This document shows, piece after piece, positions 9,941-17,857 of a stretch of 51,840 nt of DNA. The stretch lies in assembly GCA_027348385.1 (NCBI GenBank), contig DAIEPO010000002.1, positions 1 through 51,840 on the forward strand. Reading direction: 5' to 3'. This DNA is from a bacterium. Lineage in GTDB: Bacteria > Patescibacteriota > Doudnabacteria > UBA920 > VMFF01. Numbering within the stretch: position 1 is the first letter of the stretch; the number at the start of each line of letters is the position of its first letter. The notes beneath the pieces are model-generated. The model saw only the letters and a program-made list of their open reading frames with translations, was not told the DNA's origin and ran no database searches. A program made the translations under genes and the position numbers.

Positions 9941-9978
9941 GAACACAAAAAAGCTTCCTGGCCAAAGCCAGGAAGCTT
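9941..9978 (-). terminator. strong intrinsic terminator between tyrA-pheA and the DAHP synthase gene
   Basis: Minus strand reads AAGCTTCCTGGC-tttg-GCCAGGAAGCTT (12-bp perfect stem), then TTTTGTGTTCTTT. Confidence 0.7.
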
Positions 9979-10060
9979 GAGTCGATTTTTCCAACTCAAA
10001 ATCCCTAGCTTCAGCCAGGCATAAAATAAAAGTAAAAAGATTGTGTATAAAGTTTTTTCA

Positions 10061-11344
10061 TCATCGTACTATTAAGAATGTAGTAGTGTTCTTTTTGTTA
10101 TCTTGTAGATCTTGATCTAATATCGCCAAGTCATACATTTCAGATAAGATTTTGGGGCCTAAAATTGCAGTGTTTTTATTTAATTTGCCTAAGCTTAAAG
10201 CTTCAGCAGTTTTTGCCGTATCAATCATTACGCCGATTCCGGTTTTCAATTTTACTTTCGGATATTTTCTGCATAAAGTGTTCTCACATTGTTTGAAAAC
10301 CTGTTCGTGAGCCATGATTGTTTTTATGGAGCCCTTGGCATCTTTGCGTCGCATTAAATAATGCCTGACAAAAATTGAAATACTGTTTTCAACTTCGAAG
10401 CTATGCTTAGAAATTGCCTGCATTGATTCCTCAACTAGGCCTCCTATCGCATTCGCTATTGCAAATACTCCAAAATCTATTCCACCTTTATTCAGTTCGC
10501 TTAATACTTTTTCTGATGTGTAAAGGTATTTGATTTTAAAATGTTTGATGTTTTCAGCTTGAGTGTAGCTAAATAGCGCTTGTTCGCTAAAACTACCCTT
10601 GCCACCCTGTATTCCGTATATAGGAAGTTTTGAATCAGAAGGTAGCAGCTGGCCGTAAATTTTTTTGTATGCAGTCCCTAAATCTAAACGCATTTGCTTA
10701 GTATACGGATTGTAGGTTTGGAGATCTGAGAAAAGTTTCCAGGAATCATTACAAGTTTGCTGCATTATTTCGTGAAGTTTTGTTGCCCCCAATGTATCAA
10801 TTACGGTGGGTTTAAAATGAACGGATTCCAACAACCTGCCCACAAAGTGGGTTAATCCTTGGGAATAAGCTGCTAAGCGATCATGCTCCTTAGGGTTCAA
10901 CTCTATCACGCCAAACCCTTTTGCTCGAAAAAAGTCTTTCCAAAATCTGTACACTTTTTTTGATCCTAAGCTTGACCACATCACAATGGAAAGTCCTTTT
11001 GATTTAGAGCTAAAACTATCTGGGCCGAAAAGAGGATGTGACAATATTGTATTTATTCCTTTCTTCTTCAAATATTTTTTGAAAATTTTGTCTGGGTGAC
11101 TTTTAACAGAAAGCACATCAATAATGGTCTGCCCGGCTTTTAAGTATTTAAGATTCTCTTTTAGCACCTTCTCAAATTTAGAAATCGGAACTGCCATAAA
11201 TATTGTTTCTGCTTGCCATGCTTTTTCAGCAGTAACTGATTTTGGTGAATGTCTATCGTGAATAAGCACGTTAAAATCAGCCCTTAAAATCTTTTCCAGG
11301 ACTTTACCAAACCTACCATGGCCGATAATGCTGACTGTTTTCAT
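10061..11344 (-). CDS. bifunctional prephenate dehydrogenase / prephenate dehydratase fusion (TyrA-PheA, no ACT domain)
   Basis: N-terminal half has the VSIIGHGRFGK Rossmann motif and SHPLFGP. C-terminal half has IQGGKGSFSEQA ... NTTTFLIVR (PDT domain) and ends right after it. Start at ATG 11344 with AAGGA 8 nt upstream. Confidence 0.8.
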   Translation of the reverse strand: MKTVSIIGHGRFGKVLEKILRADFNVLIHDRHSPKSVTAEKAWQAETIFMAVPISKFEKVLKENLKYLKAGQTIIDVLSVKSHPDKIFKKYLKKKGINTILSHPLFGPDSFSSKSKGLSIVMWSSLGSKKVYRFWKDFFRAKGFGVIELNPKEHDRLAAYSQGLTHFVGRLLESVHFKPTVIDTLGATKLHEIMQQTCNDSWKLFSDLQTYNPYTKQMRLDLGTAYKKIYGQLLPSDSKLPIYGIQGGKGSFSEQALFSYTQAENIKHFKIKYLYTSEKVLSELNKGGIDFGVFAIANAIGGLVEESMQAISKHSFEVENSISIFVRHYLMRRKDAKGSIKTIMAHEQVFKQCENTLCRKYPKVKLKTGIGVMIDTAKTAEALSLGKLNKNTAILGPKILSEMYDLAILDQDLQDNKKNTTTFLIVR

Positions 11345-11353
11345 ATATTTCCT

Positions 11354-11390
11354 TAAAAAAACAACCCTTGGCACGAAGCGAAGGGTTGTG
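11354..11390 (-). terminator. attenuator terminator immediately upstream of the tyrA-pheA SD
   Basis: Minus strand reads ACAACCCTT-cgcttcgtgcc-AAGGGTTGT followed by TTTTTTT. Confidence 0.65.
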
Positions 11391-11409
11391 AATTACTTTC
11401 TCAATTTTC

Positions 11410-11487
11410 TTACTTAAGCAATTGCAAATACCAACCCTGTTTACAGAAGCTGAAGTAATAACCGAAATTTTGAGGTAGATTTTGCAT
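11410..11487 (-). CDS. putative 25-aa aromatic-rich leader peptide MQNLPQNFGYYFSFCKQGWYLQLLK
   Basis: Hand-translated small ORF, too short for the ORF track. 7 of 25 residues are F/Y/W. It sits between a near-consensus promoter and a terminator. Confidence 0.5.
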   Translation of the reverse strand: MQNLPQNFGYYFSFCKQGWYLQLLK

Positions 11488-11493
11488 GTACAA

Positions 11494-11522
11494 ACTATAA
11501 TCTTTCGCTAAGAAAATGTCAA
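11494..11522 (-). promoter_or_regulatory. sigma70-like promoter TTGACA-17-TATAGT; the ATG of the leader peptide lies 6 nt after the -10
   Basis: Minus strand reads TTGACAttttcttagcgaaagatTATAGTttgtacATG. Confidence 0.55.
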
Positions 11523-11540
11523 GGAGTATAGTAACAAATT

Positions 11541-11570
11541 AAAAGACCCCAGAAATTTCTGGGGTCTTTT
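11541..11570. terminator. bidirectional terminator after jag
   Basis: Perfect 24-nt palindrome AGACCCCAGAAATTTCTGGGGTCT flanked by A and T runs. Confidence 0.7.
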
Positions 11571-11580
11571 AATAACTCTT

Positions 11581-12081
11581 TTAAAATCCTTTTTCTTTCG
11601 GCTTTATAACTATCCTTCGATTTGGTTCTTCACCAATGCTTTCTGTTTCAAAATCAAAATCAGCTGACAAAAATGCATGGATCACTCTTCGATCATGTGC
11701 TGGCATTGGTTCTAGTGCAACAGGGCGTCCGGTTCTTTTCAACTGCTCTAAAGCTTTCTTTGCTGTCTCTCTTAAATACCATTCTCTTTTCTTCTTGTAA
11801 TCATCAACATCTAAAGTAAAACGATCAATTGGACCATATCTCTTGTAAGCAATACTATGTATCAAGCTTTGTAAGGAATGCAGGTTGGCTCCGCGCTGAC
11901 CAATCAAAAGGTTTGAATCGGGGGAAGAAATATTAAAAGTAAAACCTTGAACATTTTGCTCAATACTTACCCTTGCTTCTACTCCCATTTTTTCAAGGGC
12001 TTCTTTAATTAAGGCCGCGATTTCCGCGGTCTTAATTTCGTTTCTCTGACCTTGATTTTCTTGGTTATCTTCTAGGTTCAT
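11581..12081 (-). CDS. jag: Jag/KhpB RNA-binding protein (KH + R3H domains)
   Basis: 166 aa. LIGQRGANLHSLQ (KH) and PMPAHDRRVIHAFL (R3H). Conserved position after yidC. Confidence 0.85.
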   Translation of the reverse strand: MNLEDNQENQGQRNEIKTAEIAALIKEALEKMGVEARVSIEQNVQGFTFNISSPDSNLLIGQRGANLHSLQSLIHSIAYKRYGPIDRFTLDVDDYKKKREWYLRETAKKALEQLKRTGRPVALEPMPAHDRRVIHAFLSADFDFETESIGEEPNRRIVIKPKEKGF

Positions 12082-12788
12082 ACAACTTCTGTCTTTGGTT
12101 TATTGCCCTTCATTATATAATATTGCTGGCCAATAGCAAACAAGGTTGTAACTATCCAATACAGTGGCAAACCAGCAGGAAGTTTAATTGATAACAGGAC
12201 AGTTAAAATCGGAAAAACATAAACTGTTTGAATCTGTAATGCTTTCTGAGTCGTATCCATAACAGCACCGCTTTGTGAAGCAACCATCATCTTTGATTGC
12301 ACAAACTGAGCAATGCCCGCAACTACACCAAAAATAATGCTTGGTTTAGATAGATCTACAAGATCAAAAAATCTAGGATTTAAAACTCCTGGGTTATGTA
12401 CCCAAGGATAGAGATATGTTTGTAATTCAGAACCACCGAGACCTAATATGAAGACTTGATACAAAGCAATCAATAAAGGTAGCTGAACCAACAAAGGTAA
12501 ACAAGAACCTAAAGGACTGACCTTATGTTCTTGATACAAAGCCATGATTGCTTGGCTTTGCGCAACCTTGTCATCTTTATGTTTTTCACGAAGATGATTT
12601 AACTTTGGTTGCAGCTCTGTCATTGCTTTCTGTGCTTTCAAAGATTTGTGGAAAGAAGGCAACAACAACAAACGAACAATTACTGTTATTAAAATAATGA
12701 CAACACCAATATCAGGAATATACCGATAGGCGAGGACCATCAGGTTAATTAACGGATCAACTAAAACTATGTGGAATAAATTACCCAT
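12078..12788 (-). CDS. yidC: membrane protein insertase YidC (short form)
   Basis: 236 aa polytopic protein with the PLGSCLPLLVQLPLLIALY core. Lies in the rnpA-yidD-yidC-jag context. Confidence 0.9.
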   Translation of the reverse strand: MGNLFHIVLVDPLINLMVLAYRYIPDIGVVIILITVIVRLLLLPSFHKSLKAQKAMTELQPKLNHLREKHKDDKVAQSQAIMALYQEHKVSPLGSCLPLLVQLPLLIALYQVFILGLGGSELQTYLYPWVHNPGVLNPRFFDLVDLSKPSIIFGVVAGIAQFVQSKMMVASQSGAVMDTTQKALQIQTVYVFPILTVLLSIKLPAGLPLYWIVTTLFAIGQQYYIMKGNKPKTEVV

Positions 12789-12791
12789 AAT

Positions 12792-13019
12792 TTAGACTAA
12801 ATCTATGCCACCTTGAGACCAAGGATTGCATCTTAATATTCTGTAAAACCCTTTAAAAAGCCCTAAAATACCGTATTTTTCAACAGATTGCTTAGTATAT
12901 TCAGAACAAGAAGGATAGTACTTACAAAAACCATTTGGATGGTTATGCTTAAAAACCCCATGATCCGGAGAAATTGTTTTCTGATATATGGTTATTAACC
13001 CAATAATGATTCTTTTCAT
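12792..13019 (-). CDS. yidD: membrane protein insertion efficiency factor YidD
   Basis: 75 aa. CKYYPSCSEY...RCNPW signature. Confidence 0.85.
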   Translation of the reverse strand: MKRIIIGLITIYQKTISPDHGVFKHNHPNGFCKYYPSCSEYTKQSVEKYGILGLFKGFYRILRCNPWSQGGIDLV

Positions 13020-13020
13020 A

Positions 13021-13356
13021 CTATGCTTTTAAAACCTTACCTCTTGTTAACGTGTACTTTAGTTGTTCAACTAACTCCTTGTTTTTAAATCCAGCAGCTT
13101 TTGGTTTTGCAACCAACATATAATCACCAGTAACTAAGCGGGGCAGTGCTAAACGCATTTGTTCGCGCAAAACTCTTTTTACCCTGTTTCTTTCAACTGC
13201 TAATTTTGATATTTTCTTTGAAACAACAAAAGCAGTCCTAGTCTTAGGTGTAGCAACAAATTTAATAACCAGGGCAGGCGTATGCATAGTCAATCCTGTG
13301 CGGTACACCTTTTGTAATTCCCTGGTTTTGTTGATCCTGTTTGCTTTTTTAAGCAT
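13021..13356 (-). CDS. rnpA: ribonuclease P protein component
   Basis: 111 aa basic protein directly downstream of rpmH. Confidence 0.85.
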   Translation of the reverse strand: MLKKANRINKTRELQKVYRTGLTMHTPALVIKFVATPKTRTAFVVSKKISKLAVERNRVKRVLREQMRLALPRLVTGDYMLVAKPKAAGFKNKELVEQLKYTLTRGKVLKA

Positions 13357-13373
13357 GCAGATTATTCAGAGTG

Positions 13374-13508
13374 TTAAACTGTGAGCTTTTTTCTCTTTTT
13401 TGCACGGCGTCTTGCCAAAACGTTTCTTCCGTTGGTGGTGCGCATACGTTTTCTAAAACCGTGTCTGCGCTTTCTCTTGATTTTCTTTGGCTGATAAGTT
13501 CGTTTCAT
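13374..13508 (-). CDS. rpmH: 50S ribosomal protein L34
   Basis: Hand translation gives [44 protein letters not shown] (44 aa). Too short for the ORF track. Confidence 0.9.
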   Translation of the reverse strand: MKRTYQPKKIKRKRRHGFRKRMRTTNGRNVLARRRAKKRKKLTV

Positions 13509-13535
13509 CGTTAAAAGATTAATATTGACCTCTGC

Positions 13536-13564
13536 ATTATACTTTTAATTTAGCTTTTTTTCAA
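13536..13564 (-). promoter_or_regulatory. promoter TTGAAA-17-TATAAT for rpmH operon
   Basis: Minus strand reads TTGAAAaaaagctaaattaaaagTATAAT, about 27 nt upstream of the rpmH ATG. Confidence 0.45.
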
Positions 13565-13667
13565 GTCCCTGAGGAAGAAAAAAACTTTTTTGAAATATCA
13601 TCAGGATATGCACACGATATTAAAAGTCGCTTTAATTTTGTTCATATTTTAAAGGGATTTTAAATAT

Positions 13668-13696
13668 TTTACATGTTGATAACTACTTGTTAGAAT
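13668..13696 (+). promoter_or_regulatory. promoter TTTACA-17-TAGAAT for dnaA
   Basis: TTTACAtgttgataactacttgtTAGAAT, 44 nt upstream of the dnaA ATG. Confidence 0.4.
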
Positions 13697-13739
13697 GCCG
13701 GTATTGAAATAAAACGTGTGTATTTGGAGACCTTTCGTT

Positions 13740-15101
13740 ATGACCAACCAACAACTTTGGCAGGCTATTTTAGGTAATCTAGAAGTATCATTAAGCAAGG
13801 CTAATTTTACTACTTGGTTTAAAAACACAGCTATTCTAGAAAAGAACGATGACCATATCATAGTCAGCGTACCTAATGGTTTCACCAAAGAATGGTTACA
13901 GAATAAATACAACAACGAGGTTATGAAAGCCTTGAAAATGATTGCTCCTGAAGTAAAAGAAGTAAAATACCAGGTTATGGGTAGCAACACACCAAGCCCT
14001 AAGACAAATACAGAAGCAAACCAGAAAACAACCACCCAAGCTCAGACACAAAGCACTCAAAGACCAGCAAGTTCTCAAAATTCTCATGGCTTAAACCCTA
14101 AATATTCTTTTGATACCTTCATAACAGGAAAGGGGAATGAACTTGCCCATGCAGCATGTGCTGCAATCGCAAAAAATCCAGGACAAGTTTACAACCCTCT
14201 TTTTTTGTACGGTGGGGTTGGTCTTGGAAAGACCCATTTAATGCAAGCTGTTGGTCATGAAGTACTAAAAAACAATCCAACTGCAAAAGTTCTGTATGTT
14301 ACAAGCGAAAAATTCACAAATGAGTTTGTTCAAGCAATTAGTTTAGGAAAAGTTGCACAATTTAAAGATCTATACCGCAATGTTGATCTATTAATGATCG
14401 ATGATATTCAATTCTTGGCCGGAAAAGAACAAACCCAGGAAGAATTTTTCCATACTTTTAACACTCTACACCAAAATAACAAGCAAATAATCCTTTCATC
14501 AGACCGCTTACCTAAAGACATCCCAGCGATCGAAGAAAGGCTTGTTTCGCGCTTTGAGTGGGGTATGATAGCAGACATCCAGGCCCCTGATTTTGAGACC
14601 AGATTAGCCATTTTACGCTCAAAAGCTGCTGAAAAACACTATGAAGTAAGCACAGAGGTGTTAACTCATATTGCAGAAACCATCCAAAGCAACATCAGGG
14701 AATTAGAAGGGGCTTTAAACCGTTTGATGGTATATTGTCAGTTAAATAACACTAAACCAACATTAGAACAAATAAAAAGCGTTTTGGTTGGTGTTGCTTC
14801 TGCTAAAAAAAGAGTTGTTTCTGTTAAAAAATTAATGGAGGTGGTTTCTGATTTTTACAACATCACTACAGATGATCTGTTAAAACAATCCAGAAGAAAA
14901 GAATTCGTTAAACCAAGACAAGTTGCAATGTTTTTAATGCGCGAACAACTAGAAAATTCTTTTCCAAGCATTGGTGATCATTTTGGTGGACGCGACCACA
15001 CAACGGTCATGCACGCTGTAGATAAGATTACAAGATTGATGAGCGAGAAGGAATCATTGAAGCAAGAAATAGATTTAATTGTGAATAAGCTGTACATGTA
15101 G
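13740..15101 (+). CDS. dnaA: chromosomal replication initiator DnaA
   Basis: MTNQQLWQAILGNL start, Walker A GGVGLGKTHL and a C-terminal DNA-binding domain (DHTTVMHA). GGAGA lies 9 nt upstream of ATG 13740. Confidence 0.95.
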   Translation: MTNQQLWQAILGNLEVSLSKANFTTWFKNTAILEKNDDHIIVSVPNGFTKEWLQNKYNNEVMKALKMIAPEVKEVKYQVMGSNTPSPKTNTEANQKTTTQAQTQSTQRPASSQNSHGLNPKYSFDTFITGKGNELAHAACAAIAKNPGQVYNPLFLYGGVGLGKTHLMQAVGHEVLKNNPTAKVLYVTSEKFTNEFVQAISLGKVAQFKDLYRNVDLLMIDDIQFLAGKEQTQEEFFHTFNTLHQNNKQIILSSDRLPKDIPAIEERLVSRFEWGMIADIQAPDFETRLAILRSKAAEKHYEVSTEVLTHIAETIQSNIRELEGALNRLMVYCQLNNTKPTLEQIKSVLVGVASAKKRVVSVKKLMEVVSDFYNITTDDLLKQSRRKEFVKPRQVAMFLMREQLENSFPSIGDHFGGRDHTTVMHAVDKITRLMSEKESLKQEIDLIVNKLYM

Positions 15102-15341
15102 TGTGACAATCTTGTTCCTGAAAAGATGTAATAGCTGTTAAAGAAAAGTTAATAACCAAAAGATTAAAAAAGAAAAAAATAGTTTCAGAAAACAAACCCC
15201 AAGTTGTACACAAAGATATCCAAAAAAAAGAACAAACTTTTTCTAACAAAAACCAAACAGAACAACACAAAAAAAGTTCTCCACCAAATCCACACCCCTT
15301 ATTACTACTACTATATTTATTAAACTATTAAATTAATATAT
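15102..15341. other. candidate oriC (degenerate DnaA boxes plus AT-rich unwinding stretch)
   Basis: TTGTACACA, ATATCCAAA, TTCTCCACC and AAATCCACA, each 2 mismatches from TTATCCACA. They cluster at about 15225-15300 and are followed by a nearly pure A/T run up to dnaN. Confidence 0.35.
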
Positions 15342-16436
15342 ATGCGATTAGTCTGTACACAAGAAAATTTAAAAAAAGGTTTAGCAATAACTTCAAGAGT
15401 TTCAAACGGCAGCACAACCCTTCCGGTTTTAAATAATATTCTTTTAAAAACAGAACAAAGCGGCCTTAAACTTTCCTCAACGAATTTAGAAATGGGAGTA
15501 AACACTTGGATTAGATGTAAGGTTGAAGAAGAGGGTGGAATTTCAGTGCCAGCAAAAACAATCAGCGATCTAGTAAACAATCTCCCAAACGACAACATTA
15601 TCCTTTCTGTCGAAGATAATCATTTGTTAATAGAAACCAGTAATTACAAAACTAAAATTAAAGGTTTGGGGCCTGATGAGTTTCCTTTGATTCCTCAAGT
15701 AGATCAACATAATTCCGTTGAAATAGACTCAAAAGACCTTAAAAACAGCATATACCAAACAGTTTTTGCAGCGGCTTACAGTGAAAGTCAGCCGGAAATT
15801 TCTGGGGTTTTGTTTGCTTTTGATGACGCCAGATTAAAACTTGTCGCTACAGACCGATATCGTTTAGCAGAGAAAGAACTTAGTGTTAAGGGGAGTGTTC
15901 AAAAAAATATCATTGTACCAAACAAAACAATTCAAGAACTAGCAAAGATTTTAACAAATACTGACACTCAAACACTTTCAGTTTTTTTCACCCAAAATCA
16001 AGTAATGTTTAAAACCGACGACACAGAATTGACCTCAAGATTAATTGATGGTCAATATCCAGAATACAAAGCAATCGTACCAACCAGTTTTAATACAGAG
16101 ATTGATTTGTCAGTAGAGGATTTAAGCTCAGCAATGCGTACTGCTGGGATATTTACCCAAACTGGTAACAACGTTGCCTTAGAGTTTTCAGAACCCGATC
16201 ATTTGGAGATTAGCGCATCTTCCGGAGATTTAGGAGAAAGCAAAGTAAATGTAGCTTCCGCTGTAAAAGGGGACGCAGGGAAAATAATATTCAACCACAG
16301 ATATGTTCTTGACGCGCTTGCTTCAATAGGAACAAAGAACGTTACTTTCAGAATAGTTAATGAAAACGCACCAGCAGTTTTAGTCAGCAAAGATTTGCCA
16401 GGTTATGTTTACTTGGTAATGCCAATAAAGATATAG
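15342..16436 (+). CDS. dnaN: DNA polymerase III beta sliding clamp
   Basis: 364 aa, three-domain clamp. Conserved dnaA-dnaN-recF order. Confidence 0.95.
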   Translation: MRLVCTQENLKKGLAITSRVSNGSTTLPVLNNILLKTEQSGLKLSSTNLEMGVNTWIRCKVEEEGGISVPAKTISDLVNNLPNDNIILSVEDNHLLIETSNYKTKIKGLGPDEFPLIPQVDQHNSVEIDSKDLKNSIYQTVFAAAYSESQPEISGVLFAFDDARLKLVATDRYRLAEKELSVKGSVQKNIIVPNKTIQELAKILTNTDTQTLSVFFTQNQVMFKTDDTELTSRLIDGQYPEYKAIVPTSFNTEIDLSVEDLSSAMRTAGIFTQTGNNVALEFSEPDHLEISASSGDLGESKVNVASAVKGDAGKIIFNHRYVLDALASIGTKNVTFRIVNENAPAVLVSKDLPGYVYLVMPIKI

Positions 16437-16461
16437 CACAACGAGGGAAGAAAGTTTTGTA

Positions 16462-17541
16462 ATGTATATTAAAAATATCCAGTTAAAAAATTTCCGCAAT
16501 CACCAAGATTTAAACTTGGATTTTACTAATGACTTTGTTGTTTTCCACGGTCCCAATGCAACCGGTAAAACTAACCTTTTAGAATCAATATATTTTCTCT
16601 CACTCTTTAAATCCTTCAGAGACGCCTCAACCTACCTTTTTTCCAAAGGGACTTTTAACCTTCAGTTAAAAGCAGTAATTGAACGTGGGAACAAGGAGCA
16701 TATTTTAGAAGTTTTCTTAGAAAACCGAGGCGGTAAAATCTTTGCTAACTTCAAATTAGACGGTGTCAGAAAGACCAAAAATCAAATAGAAAGCTATATA
16801 ACTGCAGTCATATTTGACCCAACCCACGTTGACCTATTAAACAAAGCACCCGATGACCGCAGAAGATACTTAAATATCTTGCTGTCCCAAAAATCCACAG
16901 AATACATGCAGAGCCTCTACAACTATAAGAAAGTCATTACCCAAAAAAATCAGCTGCTACAAAGCATTAGAAGCGGCAAGGCTTCTCCTTTTGAGCTAAC
17001 TGCTTGGAATGATCAGCTCGCCCTTTTTGGTTCTGAAATAATCGACCACAGAAGACAATATATAAACTACTTAAACCAAACCATTTCTGAAGTCTATGCT
17101 GCAGTCTCTGGTTTTGCCAGACCAATTGATGTTGAATACATTGGGTTAGCCGGAGAGAATAAAAATGAGATCCACGCTAACTTTAAAAAAGCGCTTTTTG
17201 ATAATCAACAAAAAGAAATTATGGCAGGAACTTCCTTAATCGGACCACACCGTGATGACTTTACTTTAAAAAGCGAAGGTTTATATTTGGCACCTTTTTC
17301 TTCTAGAGGAGAACTTCGCTCCCAGGTCCTGTCTTTAAAAATTCTTGAGCTTGAATTCTTAAAAGAAGAACAGGACAATCCAATCCTGCTTTTAGATGAT
17401 GTTCTTTCAGAACTTGATGAAGATCGCAGAGTTTTCTTACTAAAATACTTAAAGGGACGTTTCCAAACATTTATAACCAGCACTGTGCCAGTTGAGATGG
17501 AAGCACAGCATGTTAACCTAAAACAACTAAGCTTAAACTAA
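16462..17541 (+). CDS. recF: DNA replication/repair protein RecF
   Basis: Walker A GPNATGKTN, signature-like region and LLLDDVLSELD Walker B. Confidence 0.9.
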   Translation: MYIKNIQLKNFRNHQDLNLDFTNDFVVFHGPNATGKTNLLESIYFLSLFKSFRDASTYLFSKGTFNLQLKAVIERGNKEHILEVFLENRGGKIFANFKLDGVRKTKNQIESYITAVIFDPTHVDLLNKAPDDRRRYLNILLSQKSTEYMQSLYNYKKVITQKNQLLQSIRSGKASPFELTAWNDQLALFGSEIIDHRRQYINYLNQTISEVYAAVSGFARPIDVEYIGLAGENKNEIHANFKKALFDNQQKEIMAGTSLIGPHRDDFTLKSEGLYLAPFSSRGELRSQVLSLKILELEFLKEEQDNPILLLDDVLSELDEDRRVFLLKYLKGRFQTFITSTVPVEMEAQHVNLKQLSLN

Positions 17542-17542
17542 A

Positions 17543-17830
17543 ATGCAAAGAATAAACAAAACGCTTTACGCAAATATTCGTAAATACAAAATAGAAGACA
17601 AGGTTAAAGCAACCGAGCTTTTAAAACTTTGGGATAAAGTAATAATAGATTTTATGCCAGACGCAGCTTCTCAGACCATGGTCATAGCGTACGAAAAAGG
17701 GATCTTAAAGGTAGCCGTGCTTTCAAAAGAAATTGCATACCAAATTCATCTCTATCAAAAACGTTTAATAGAGATGCTTAATAACCTACTTGGTCGGCGC
17801 ATGGTTTTTAGAATAGTCTGTGAAGCTTAA
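17543..17830 (+). CDS. DUF721 (DciA-like) protein
   Basis: 95 aa, in the conserved position right after recF. Assignment rests on context and size. Confidence 0.55.
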   Translation: MQRINKTLYANIRKYKIEDKVKATELLKLWDKVIIDFMPDAASQTMVIAYEKGILKVAVLSKEIAYQIHLYQKRLIEMLNNLLGRRMVFRIVCEA

Positions 17831-17857
17831 AAAACAAGGCATTTATGCCTTGTTTTG
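17831..17857. terminator. bidirectional terminator
   Basis: ACAAGGCA-ttta-TGCCTTGT with an A-run before and a T-run after. Confidence 0.7.
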
